Shown piece after piece: positions 10,502 to 19,821 of a stretch of DNA of 64,000 bases (positions are counted from its first letter, which is position 1; every line of letters starts with the position of its first letter). The notes beneath the pieces were generated by a model. It saw only the letters and a program-made list of their open reading frames with translations. It did not search any database and had not been told where the DNA came from. The stretch is taken from positions 1 through 64,000 of the forward strand of contig JAFWDK010000009.1 of assembly GCA_017513085.1 (NCBI GenBank), written 5' to 3'. Position numbers and translations under genes: made by a program. The stretch comes from Clostridiales bacterium. GTDB taxonomy: Bacteria; Bacillota; Clostridia; Saccharofermentanales; Saccharofermentanaceae.

Positions 10502-12010
10502 GTGGAAAACAAAGTAATGCTTGAGATGCGTGGCATAAATAAATCGTTTCCGGGAGTACGCGCGCTGCAGAAGGTGGATTTCACACTACGCGCAGGCGAG
10601 ATCCATGCCTTGATGGGTGAAAACGGTGCAGGAAAATCAACATTGATCAAAGTCCTGACAGGTGTATACACCAAAGATGACGGTGTGATCAACCTGGACG
10701 GACAGCAGAACGTGAAGATCCATTCTCCTCAGGATGCACAGAAGCTGGGAATCAGCACGGTGTATCAGGAAATCACGTTGTGCCCGAACCTGACCGTTGC
10801 CGAGAACATGTACATCGGACGTGGAAAAGGTGTGATCACCAAATGGCGCAAGATGAATGCAGACGCGGATAAGATCTTAAAGAAGCTCGATATCCCTGCC
10901 AGAGCTACCCAACAGCTGGGTACGTGTTCCATTGCGGTGCAGCAGATGGTCGCGATCGCCAGGGCGGTGGATATGGATTGTAAGGTGCTGATCCTTGACG
11001 AGCCGACTTCGTCTTTGGATGAGCAGGAAGTGGAGAAGCTCTTCGGTCTTATGCGTGATCTCAAAGCTCTTGGTGTCGGCATCATTTTCGTTACTCACTT
11101 TTTGGATCAGGTTTATGAGGTCTGTGACAAGATCACGGTACTTCGTGACGGACAACTGGTTGGCGAATATGAGATCAAGGATCTCCCGAGAGTCAAACTT
11201 GTTGCAAAAATGCTGGGTAAGGAAATGGATGATCTTTCCGACATTAAGAGCGAGCATTCATTGTACGATGGACCCGACGCGGATACGCAGGTCTTTGAAG
11301 CGGAAAAACTTTGCAGTAATGCCGGCATCAAGCCTTTCAATTTCCATATTAAGAAAGGTGAGGTAAACGGCTTTACGGGACTCCTCGGATCGGGACGAAG
11401 TGAGTGCGTCCGAGCGATCTTTGGCGCAGATCACGTGATCTCCGGAAAGGTAAAAATGAATGGAAGACCGGTAAGGATCAGAAATCCGTTGGATGCCATG
11501 AAGAAGGGCATTGCTTATCTTCCGGAAGACCGCAAAAACGATGGTATCATCGGAGATCTTTCCGTAAAAGAAAACATCATACTTGCGCTTCAGGTCATGA
11601 AAGGTTTTTTCAAACCCTTTACCAAAGCTCAGGCAAGCGCTTTTGCAGATGAATACATAAAGAAACTCAATATTAAGACCGCATCAGCTGATACCCCCAT
11701 CAAGTCCTTATCTGGCGGAAACCAGCAGAAAGTCATTCTTGCCAGATGGTTGCTGATGCACCCTGAATATCTGATCTTGGATGAGCCGACGCGAGGCATC
11801 GATGTCGGCACCAAGGTCGATATTCAGAAACTTGTACTGGAACTTGCTTCCGGTGGAATGAGCGTGACGTTCATTTCTTCTGAAACTGATGAGATGCTCC
11901 GCACATGTTCCCGACTGATCGTCATGCGTGACCGCAAAGTCGTCGGTGAATTGTCCGGTGAGGATCTTACACAGAATAAGATCATGAGTACCATCGCAGG
12001 AGGAGAATAA
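10502..12010 (+). CDS. Sugar ABC transporter ATP-binding protein (double ABC domain, YtfR/RbsA-like)
   Basis: GENGAGKST, LILDEPT and LSGGNQQKV. GTG start after GAGG. Confidence 0.93.
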   Translation: MENKVMLEMRGINKSFPGVRALQKVDFTLRAGEIHALMGENGAGKSTLIKVLTGVYTKDDGVINLDGQQNVKIHSPQDAQKLGISTVYQEITLCPNLTVAENMYIGRGKGVITKWRKMNADADKILKKLDIPARATQQLGTCSIAVQQMVAIARAVDMDCKVLILDEPTSSLDEQEVEKLFGLMRDLKALGVGIIFVTHFLDQVYEVCDKITVLRDGQLVGEYEIKDLPRVKLVAKMLGKEMDDLSDIKSEHSLYDGPDADTQVFEAEKLCSNAGIKPFNFHIKKGEVNGFTGLLGSGRSECVRAIFGADHVISGKVKMNGRPVRIRNPLDAMKKGIAYLPEDRKNDGIIGDLSVKENIILALQVMKGFFKPFTKAQASAFADEYIKKLNIKTASADTPIKSLSGGNQQKVILARWLLMHPEYLILDEPTRGIDVGTKVDIQKLVLELASGGMSVTFISSETDEMLRTCSRLIVMRDRKVVGELSGEDLTQNKIMSTIAGGE

Positions 12011-12013
12011 GTC

Positions 12014-13108
12014 ATGAACAAGAGTTTTTTTAGAAAGATAACAAGCAATCAGATGTTCATACCGCTGATGGCGCTTCTGCTGCTCGTAGTGGTGAATCTG
12101 ATCGTGGATCCGGGGTTCTTCAAAGTCACTCTGGGTAAAAACAATGCAGGCAATCTGGTCTTTTCCGGATTTCTGATAACGATTCTGGACTATGGTTCAG
12201 AACTGGCGATCCTGGCCTTAGGCATGACGTTGGTTACCGCAGCGTCAGGCGGACAGGATATTTCGGTGGGTGCTACGATCGCCATCGCCGGCTCCGCAAT
12301 GCTTCGTGTTCTTTGCGGATCCAACTCCCGCCCGGATGCCATTCAGGCACCGATCATCGTTGCTTTCCTGGTTGCATGTCTCGTGGGTATGCTATGCGGT
12401 GCATTTAACGGAACACTGGTTTCGGTGTTCAAGATCCAGCCAATGATCGCTACGCTTATCCTTTTTACCGCCGGACGTTCTATCGCAGCCTGGATAAACA
12501 ATAATGAACTTCCCATCGTGCCGGATCCGAAATTCGCTTATTTCGGCGGCTTCATCCCCGGGATCCCGATTCCGACTACAGTATTCATCGTGCTGATATG
12601 TATCATCATAATGGCACTGGTACTTAAGTTTACGAATCTGGGGCTGTACACCCAGGCTGTTGGTATCAACGAGAAATCCTCCCGATTGAATGGTATCAAG
12701 CCGACATTCATCAAATTCCTTGCTTTTGTGATCTTGGGTCTGTGCGTGGCCGTTGCCGCACTGATCAAAGTCAGCCGCCTTTCAACGATCAATTATTCGG
12801 TTATTGCAAAAGATATCGAGATGGATGCCATCCTGGCTGTTGCACTCGGTGGTAATTCGCTCTCCGGTGGTAAGTTCAATATTTGGGCTTCGGTCCTCGG
12901 TGCCTATGTCATCCAATTCCTGACAACCACTCTTTATAAGTTTAACGTGCGTTCCGACGCTCTGTCCGCTTATAAAGCAGTCGTCGTAATCCTTTTGGTA
13001 TTCTTCTCAGCGCCGAAGGTTCGCGAGTATCTGTCCGGATTAGGCAAGAAAATTGCAAGCAAAAAAGCGGGCAAAAGAAAATTAGCGGGCAAGGAGGAGA
13101 TCAAATGA
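12014..13108 (+). CDS. Sugar ABC transporter permease (YtfT-like)
   Basis: Multi-TM; GGQDISVG, IQPMIATL and DAILAVALGGNSLSGG. Confidence 0.9.
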   Translation: MNKSFFRKITSNQMFIPLMALLLLVVVNLIVDPGFFKVTLGKNNAGNLVFSGFLITILDYGSELAILALGMTLVTAASGGQDISVGATIAIAGSAMLRVLCGSNSRPDAIQAPIIVAFLVACLVGMLCGAFNGTLVSVFKIQPMIATLILFTAGRSIAAWINNNELPIVPDPKFAYFGGFIPGIPIPTTVFIVLICIIIMALVLKFTNLGLYTQAVGINEKSSRLNGIKPTFIKFLAFVILGLCVAVAALIKVSRLSTINYSVIAKDIEMDAILAVALGGNSLSGGKFNIWASVLGAYVIQFLTTTLYKFNVRSDALSAYKAVVVILLVFFSAPKVREYLSGLGKKIASKKAGKRKLAGKEEIK

Positions 13109-14145
13109 ATAAGACGAAACATAAAGGTGGTTTTTTCAGTCGCGTCAGTGACACCAATCTTCTTATGGCAATCACCATCGTGATCTTTCTTCTCATGTAT
13201 ATCGGAGCCATCGTGTTCCAGGGAAGCGGATTCAAGAAACCACAGATGTTTTTCAATATTCTGAATGCCAATGCCGGATTGATCATTACGGCATGCGGAA
13301 TGAGTATCGTCATGATCACGGGCGGAATCGATATTTCCGTCGGCGGCGTTGTCGCTCTGGTCTCCATGAGTTGCGCCGTATTCCTGGATAAAGCAAACGG
13401 TAACCTCTTTGTTTCCATGCTGATCGCCCTGGGCATCGGCCTTGCGTTCGGTGTCATTCAAGGATTCCTGGTAGCATACGTGGATATCCAGCCGTTCATC
13501 GTGTCACTGGCCGGTATGTTTTTCGCTCGAGGCATGACGACTATCGTCAGTACGACCCCGTTCAATGTTCAGAACAAGAACTTTGTCAAACTGAAGCAGA
13601 CCAGGATCAATGTTCCGGGAATGGGTTCTTATAACAAAAAAGGACTCTACATTCCGGCCTACGTCGAAATCGGAGTTTTAGTTGCTCTGGCAATTGTGGT
13701 AATATTGTTTGTAGTACTTCGCAAGACGAAGCTCGGAAGAGCTTTTTACGCGGTAGGCGGCAATCAGCAGAGTGCACTCATGCTGGGCGTCAACGTGAAA
13801 AGGACGAAATTCCTTTCCCATGTTATCTGCGGTCTTTTGGCGGGCATTGGCGGTTATGTTTATTTCCTCCATGTTGGTTCCGGAGCTGCCAGCCATGCGT
13901 CAGGCATGGAGATGAATGCGATTGCTTCTTCCATTATCGGAGGAACCATGCTTTCAGGTGGTGTCGGTAATATCGCCGGAACTCTCTTTGGAGTTCTTTC
14001 GCTGAGTACTATACAGAATATCGTATCTTCAGCGGGTCTCGATCAGGCTTGGTGGACTGGTATCACGATCGCTGCGATGCTCTGCCTCTTCCTTTTGATC
14101 CAGAGTATCGTCATCAGGCAGAGAAAGAGAGCCCTCAAGAGGTGA
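13105..14145 (+). CDS. Sugar ABC transporter permease (YjfF-like)
   Basis: Multi-TM; GGIDISVG, IQPFIVSLAGMFFARG and IIGGTMLSGGVG. Confidence 0.9.
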   Translation: MNKTKHKGGFFSRVSDTNLLMAITIVIFLLMYIGAIVFQGSGFKKPQMFFNILNANAGLIITACGMSIVMITGGIDISVGGVVALVSMSCAVFLDKANGNLFVSMLIALGIGLAFGVIQGFLVAYVDIQPFIVSLAGMFFARGMTTIVSTTPFNVQNKNFVKLKQTRINVPGMGSYNKKGLYIPAYVEIGVLVALAIVVILFVVLRKTKLGRAFYAVGGNQQSALMLGVNVKRTKFLSHVICGLLAGIGGYVYFLHVGSGAASHASGMEMNAIASSIIGGTMLSGGVGNIAGTLFGVLSLSTIQNIVSSAGLDQAWWTGITIAAMLCLFLLIQSIVIRQRKRALKR

Positions 14146-14155
14146 GGAGCTTTAG

Positions 14156-15196
14156 ATGAAAAAATCGGCCAATATGGCAACCTTGCTACTCCTGCTGGTA
14201 ATCTTTCTGGTTGCCTGTAGGAGTAGTGCTGTTTCCGAGACGACTGAACCAAGCAGACAGGATAAGAAGACCATCACAGTCGGCTTTTCCCAACTGGGCG
14301 CGGAATCCGACTGGCGAGGCGCCAATACCGAGTCTATGCTCGCAGCGCTTTCGGCTGAGAACGGATATAACCTGATCTATAAAAACGGACAACAGAAACA
14401 GGCGAATCAAGTCACGGCGCTTCGTATGTTTATCCAGCAGGAAGTGGACTACATCGTGCTGGCGCCGGAGACGGAGACCGGTTGGGATTTTGTTCTGAAA
14501 GAAGCGCAGGAAGCAAAGATCCCGGTCATCATTGTTGACCGTCGTGTCGATGTTGCCGACGATTCCCTTTATACCTGCTGGGTAGGTTCGGACTTTGAAC
14601 TGGAAGGCCGCAAAATGGCTTCCTGGATCAATTCGTATATGCTGCAGAACAAAGTGGAAGGTAAGGATGTGCACATTGTTCATATTCAGGGAACTTTGGG
14701 TTCCACGGCGCAGATCGGAAGGACCAAAGGGCTGGAAGAGGGTGTAAAAGAATACGGCTGGGATCTTCTGGCACAGGAGAATGGTGATTTTACCGAAGTC
14801 AGAGGACGCGAAGTCATGGCATCGTTCCTTCGCGAGTATGACAATATCAATGTGGTGTACTGCGAGAACGATAATGAAGCGATCGGTGCGATCGAGGCTA
14901 TTGAAGCGGCTGGTAAGAAGGTTGGCTCAAACATTGCCAAAGGCGAGATCATGGTCGTTTCTTTTGACGGTATCAACGAGCAGGCTATGAATTATCTGAA
15001 AGAGGGCAAGATCTCATGCATTGCCGAGTGTAATCCTCTCCATGGTCCGCGTGTCCAGGATCTGATCGAAACCTTGGAAAGAGGAGAAGTTCCGGAAAAA
15101 CTCAATTATGTTTCCGAAACACTTCTTAGTTCTGTACCGGAGATCAAAATCGTGGTTGTGGATTCGAAAGGCTACGATGTGCAGATTGTGAATTGA
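14156..15196 (+). CDS. Second sugar-binding lipoprotein (YtfQ-like)
   Basis: Lipobox LVAC; VGFSQLGAESDWR and ECNPLHGP. Confidence 0.9.
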   Translation: MKKSANMATLLLLLVIFLVACRSSAVSETTEPSRQDKKTITVGFSQLGAESDWRGANTESMLAALSAENGYNLIYKNGQQKQANQVTALRMFIQQEVDYIVLAPETETGWDFVLKEAQEAKIPVIIVDRRVDVADDSLYTCWVGSDFELEGRKMASWINSYMLQNKVEGKDVHIVHIQGTLGSTAQIGRTKGLEEGVKEYGWDLLAQENGDFTEVRGREVMASFLREYDNINVVYCENDNEAIGAIEAIEAAGKKVGSNIAKGEIMVVSFDGINEQAMNYLKEGKISCIAECNPLHGPRVQDLIETLERGEVPEKLNYVSETLLSSVPEIKIVVVDSKGYDVQIVN

Positions 15197-15210
15197 ATGG
15201 AGGAGTCGAT

Positions 15211-15924
15211 TTGAAAAAAAGCGATAACAGAAAGAAATCTTCCTGCACAGTCGATGAACAACTTATGGCACTCGCGGATGAGAAGTTAGCGGCCTTTAAT
15301 GCAAAACTGATCCCCGAAGCTGAGCTTTCGCATTTTATCGGCGTGCGCACACCGGATCTAAGAGCCCTGGCCAGAGAACTTGCAGGGACACCTGTCGCAG
15401 AGAAGTTTCTGGCTGAGTTGCCACATGAGCTTTTTGAGGAGGATCAGCTTCATGCTTTTCTGATCTCTCTGGAAAAAGACTACGATACATGCGTGCAGAA
15501 AGTCTGCGAATTTCTTCCTTATATAGATAACTGGGCGACCTGTGATCAGATGAACCCGAAGGTGTTCGGAAAGAAAGCGAACCGTGAAGCGCTTCTCAAG
15601 CAGATCCGTATCTGGATGAAGTCGAAGAAAACATATGAAGTGCGTTTTGCGATCCGTATGCTGATGTGCCATTTCCTGGATGAGGATTTCGATCCGAAGT
15701 ATCTTCAGATGGTGGCGAAGATCCATTCGGAAGAATACTATGTGAATATGATGATCGCGTGGTATTTTGCGACTGCCCTGGCGAAGCAGTATGATGCGAC
15801 GGTTCCACTTCTGGAGACGAAAGTCCTATCGCGATGGGTGCAGAACAAGACGATCCGGAAAGCCTGCGAGAGTTATCGAGTGAGCGATTCACAGAAAGAA
15901 TATCTACGAAAATTGAAGAAATGA
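15211..15924 (+). CDS. DNA alkylation repair protein (AlkD-like HEAT repeat)
   Basis: IGVRTPDLR, IDNWATCD and EEYYVNMMIAWYFATAL. TTG start after GGAGGAG. Confidence 0.88.
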   Translation: MKKSDNRKKSSCTVDEQLMALADEKLAAFNAKLIPEAELSHFIGVRTPDLRALARELAGTPVAEKFLAELPHELFEEDQLHAFLISLEKDYDTCVQKVCEFLPYIDNWATCDQMNPKVFGKKANREALLKQIRIWMKSKKTYEVRFAIRMLMCHFLDEDFDPKYLQMVAKIHSEEYYVNMMIAWYFATALAKQYDATVPLLETKVLSRWVQNKTIRKACESYRVSDSQKEYLRKLKK

Positions 15925-16193
15925 CGAATTCACCCGTAATCCGTTTTCTTGGAGCCTGGCCGATTACGGGTGAAAATGAAAAAAAGGCGAATTCACCCGT
16001 AATCTGTTTCCGTGAAGCCGAGGCAATTACGGGTGAAAATGAAAAAATGGCGAATTCACCCGTAATCCGTTTTCTTGGAGCCTGGCCGATTACGGGTGAA
16101 AATGAAAAAATGGCGAATTCACCCGTAATCTGTTTCAGTGAAGCCGGGCTGATTACGGGTGAAAATGAAAAAATGGCGAATTCACCCGTAATC
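15925..16193. repeat. Tandem 63-bp array of palindromic units (REP/BIME-like): 43-bp palindrome plus 20-bp alternating linkers
   Basis: CGAATTCACCCGTAATC starts at 15925, 15988, 16051, 16114 and 16177; an inverted copy GATTACGGGTGAA lies between each pair. Confidence 0.95.
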
Positions 16194-16244
16194 AACCAAT
16201 TGGATTTCTCTGTAAACGCCGGTGCCCAGACCAACTGGCTCGAT

Positions 16245-17043
16245 TCAAAGAAAAATTTGAGCGAAGGTGTTCTTGAGTTCGTGAAAAACCGGAGGATTTT
16301 GTTCCGTTTCCACTGTGACGATTAGATTCTTTCCGAAGAAAATACCATTTCGTCTGAATTCCTCAAACCTTGGCAACTTGTCCATGATATACTGAGGATC
16401 ATCGAAACGCCCCAAGTGCTCGTGAAAGAATACTTCACGGGTAGATTTTTTTAGCAGCGTGAAGTCGGGATGATATACAACACCGTTTTTTAATAAGATC
16501 GGACACTCATATTTGTAGGGAATACCCATGTCATAGAACATATCTGCAAAGATCATCTCGGATTTGGATCTTACCATCTCGCCTCGTTTAGTGCGATACT
16601 TCTTGTTTTCCGGATGATTTGGATTCGGCTCATAGGGTTTTCTCTCCCAGAGGTACGCATATGTTTCATTGTCAGTGATAGGGCTTGACCATTTTCTTTC
16701 TGACTACTGGAAGCTGAGCATACTTTGCATCAGAAGAGAAGAGAACGTCCTTGTCTAACAGTTTGGTGATAGCCTTTAATTCAGCACGTGCATTTTGTAA
16801 AAAGAATACAGTGTAATCCTTCTGTGCCAACTGCCTGATTATACTTTCCTCGGACTTAGGAAGATATATATTCTTCGTTTTATCCTCTTGATCCAAACAA
16901 AAGTGGTAATACTGTACGACCCCATGAGATGAAGAGATTCGCAACTGTCCATCCGGCGCTTCCTTGAGAAAAGCTTCTGCGACATGAATTGCCTTCTCAA
17001 GGTCCTGCTTCCTTGTCAATAAAGCTTCCGTGATCTTGTCCAT
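16245..17043 (-). pseudogene. Frameshifted gene: N-terminal helical domain plus C-terminal PD-(D/E)xK-like nuclease domain
   Basis: ORFs 16672..17103 and 16245..16577 join if one base is removed near 16681-16683 (about 265 aa). Motifs RTKRGEMVRSKSE, YHPDFT and HEHLG; RBS GGAGGA before ATG 17043. Confidence 0.7.
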
Positions 17044-17323
17044 TAATAGATCCTCCTTTGTGTAAATAGGAATCAATTTGCCGCTACGGGAAAAAGGAGT
17101 CATATCATATCAATGGTACGGTCACTTGATTATATGAAAGAGTTGAGACCGAACGAAAAATCATTAAAAAAGTACCCGATAGCTACACTATCTATCACAC
17201 ATATATTAAACACCCGGATTCCCATAAATCTATATGATATATGCGAAATCATCCGTTTGATGTAAAATATACACGTATCTTATAACAGATACGCATATAT
17301 CCATAACTATTTGGGAGGCTAAT

Positions 17324-17725
17324 ATGGAAAGCATTGAAAGAGCATGTAAGTTTCTGAAAGACGCACAGACATATTATCTGGCAACGGTCGAGGGTGACCA
17401 GCCAAGAGTACGTCCGTTTGGTACAGCACATATTTTTGAAGGAAAACTTTATATCCAGACCGGCAAAGTAAAGCCGGTTTCCAAGCAGTTGCACGCGAAC
17501 CCGAAGGCAGAGATTTGCGCATTTATGAATGGCGACTGGCTCCGCATCGCTTGCGAACTGATCGAGGATGATCGCCGTGATGCCAGAGCTTCCATGCTTG
17601 ATGCATATCCGAATCTCCGCGGCATGTACAGCGAAGATGATGGAAACTCTGAAGTATTCTATCTGAAGAACGCGACAGCAACCTATTCTTCCTTTACAAA
17701 AGCACCGGAGGTCGAGACTTTCTAA
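17324..17725 (+). CDS. Pyridoxamine 5'-phosphate oxidase-like / NimC-NimA family flavin-binding protein
   Basis: YYLATVEGDQPRVRPFG and KQLHANPKAEIC. Confidence 0.85.
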   Translation: MESIERACKFLKDAQTYYLATVEGDQPRVRPFGTAHIFEGKLYIQTGKVKPVSKQLHANPKAEICAFMNGDWLRIACELIEDDRRDARASMLDAYPNLRGMYSEDDGNSEVFYLKNATATYSSFTKAPEVETF

Positions 17726-17792
17726 TTCGCCCGGAAATGCTCCGTGACCAGGGAGCCCCGGGTCTAATCTTTGACGTAAAGGAATACACAGC

Positions 17793-19187
17793 ATGTGGTT
17801 TGAAGAATCCGTTTTTTACCAGATCTATCCACTGGGTTTTGTTGGTGCGCCCTTTGAAAATGCACCGGCGCAATATGATCCTTCCGGCGTGAAGTATACG
17901 TGGGAGGATAAAGAAGAAGCACCGATCCGGAAAGTAATCGAGTGGATCCCGCATTATAAGAAACTGGGAATCAGTGCCATCTATTTTTCTCCGGTATTCG
18001 AGTCGGATACACACGGTTATAACACCAGAGATTACGGCCTTATCGACCGCCGTCTCGGTACAAACGAAGATTTCAAGGAAGTCGTTGAAGCACTGCACGA
18101 AGCCGGCATCCGTGTCGTTCTCGATGGTGTTTTTAATCACGTCGGACGTGGTTTCTGGGCATTTCAGGATGTGAAAGAAAAGAAGTGGGATTCCCCGTAT
18201 AAAGACTGGTTCCATATTTCTTTTGACGGTAATTCTAACTATAATGACGGATTTTGGTACGAGGGCTGGGAAGGGTGCTTCGATCTTGTGAAATTGAACC
18301 TTCGAAACCCAGCCGTAGTCGATCACATCTTCGATAAGATCCGCTATTGGGTCGAGTATTTCGATATCGACGGACTTCGCCTCGATGTGGCGTATTGCCT
18401 TGACCGGGATTTTCTTAAGCGCCTACGTGGATTTACGGACAGCTTAAAACCCGATTTTCTGCTTCTCGGAGAACTTCTGCATGGAGACTACAAACAGTGG
18501 GTCAATTCCGAGATGTGCCATTCCTGCACGAACTATGCTTGCTATAAGGGTTTGTTCAGCAGCTTTAACTGCATGAATATGTTTGAGGTGATCCATACAT
18601 TGATCCAGCAGTTCGGCCCGGAAAACTGGAGCTGGTTCCGAGGACTCCATCTGATGAGTTTTGTTGATAATCACGATGTGACGAGGATCGCGTCGAATCT
18701 GAATGATCCTGCACATTTGCCGCTGATCTACACACTGGCATTTGGCATGCCGGGATTTCCATGTATCTACTATGGTTCGGAGTGGGGCGCAAAGGGTAGA
18801 AAAGAAGAAGGTGATCCCACGCTTCGCCCTTGCTTCGAGGGACCGGAATGGACAGAACTGACGTCTCATATCGCTAAACTTTCCGAAATCAAGAAGGAAA
18901 GTCCGGCCCTGAATTACGGAAGCTTCCGCTCGGTAGTCTTAACTAACCGGCAATGCATCTTCGAGAGAAAATGGGAAGGGGATGGAGCAGGATCGGAGGG
19001 CTGCCGTAGCAGCAAAAACTATGAACGCATCCTGATTGCGATCAATGCAGCCGATTCTTCCTATACTGCACATTTTGATGCCGGCTGCGGACAGGCCGTC
19101 GACCTTTTGACAGGAAAGATCCACGATTTTGGAGGAGGGTCGGAACTTCCGCCTTATTCTTGCGCGATCTGGAAGATGGAAAACTAG
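17793..19187 (+). CDS. GH13 alpha-amylase family (cyclomaltodextrinase/maltodextrin glucosidase-like)
   Basis: HGYNT, VLDGVFNH, DGLRLDVA, GELLH, FVDNHD and YYGSEWG. Confidence 0.92.
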   Translation: MWFEESVFYQIYPLGFVGAPFENAPAQYDPSGVKYTWEDKEEAPIRKVIEWIPHYKKLGISAIYFSPVFESDTHGYNTRDYGLIDRRLGTNEDFKEVVEALHEAGIRVVLDGVFNHVGRGFWAFQDVKEKKWDSPYKDWFHISFDGNSNYNDGFWYEGWEGCFDLVKLNLRNPAVVDHIFDKIRYWVEYFDIDGLRLDVAYCLDRDFLKRLRGFTDSLKPDFLLLGELLHGDYKQWVNSEMCHSCTNYACYKGLFSSFNCMNMFEVIHTLIQQFGPENWSWFRGLHLMSFVDNHDVTRIASNLNDPAHLPLIYTLAFGMPGFPCIYYGSEWGAKGRKEEGDPTLRPCFEGPEWTELTSHIAKLSEIKKESPALNYGSFRSVVLTNRQCIFERKWEGDGAGSEGCRSSKNYERILIAINAADSSYTAHFDAGCGQAVDLLTGKIHDFGGGSELPPYSCAIWKMEN

Positions 19188-19229
19188 GAAAAACAGGACC
19201 TGCGCATCTTTATACGAAGGAGAAATATT

Positions 19230-19781
19230 ATGAGCACATATCGTTACAATAAAATCAGTACGATCAGTTTCTCTTCCTCCTCTTCCGGCATGATGCTCGG
19301 AAGTAATCACAGCTTGAATGTTGAGATACGATGGGAAGACGATGGGACAGTCATTCTGACGCGAACGGAGATAAAGGGGTTTGAGAAAGAAGAATCCACA
19401 TGGACCGTGGAGAGCGATATGGCTGAGAAGATCCGTTATGAGGCAGAACGTGTGGACATGGCTTCCTGGGGAGCAATGAAATACGAAGAGGACCCGACAA
19501 TGCGATGCACCGATTATTCTTCCTCGGCTGGAGGCTCGATCATCTTGGATATGAGGGATCTCGGAGGAAAACCATATGAGATCATAACGTTTAATCAAAT
19601 AGGCGTATCTCAAGCCGGAAAAGGAGAGGATCTGAATCGGATCGAGACGCTCCTTTCTGCGGTGCAGGATCCTGAAAAAAGAACAGGGTACAAAAAGACC
19701 GACACGAGAACATCAGATGGTCCTGGTGCCGGTAATATGTTTATGGGTTTCAGTATGATGATGCCGAATAGTGGACAGTGA
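19230..19781 (+). CDS. Hypothetical protein
   Basis: 183-aa ORF with RBS AAGGAG and coding-like composition. Confidence 0.65.
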   Translation: MSTYRYNKISTISFSSSSSGMMLGSNHSLNVEIRWEDDGTVILTRTEIKGFEKEESTWTVESDMAEKIRYEAERVDMASWGAMKYEEDPTMRCTDYSSSAGGSIILDMRDLGGKPYEIITFNQIGVSQAGKGEDLNRIETLLSAVQDPEKRTGYKKTDTRTSDGPGAGNMFMGFSMMMPNSGQ

Positions 19782-19821
19782 TCCGTTTTTTCGGGAAATA
19801 GAATAAGTTGTTATTCGATCG

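Noticed and set aside
15925-16193. CRISPR array
   Set aside because: The linkers are only 20 nt, duplicated (A,B,A,B') and similar to each other. There is no leader or cas gene; it fits a palindromic tandem repeat better.
15596-16325. ORFs 15834..16325 (+) and 15596..16234 (-) with 21-aa repeats
   Set aside because: By-products of the stop-free 63-bp repeat. They overlap alkD and the nuclease gene and lack an RBS.
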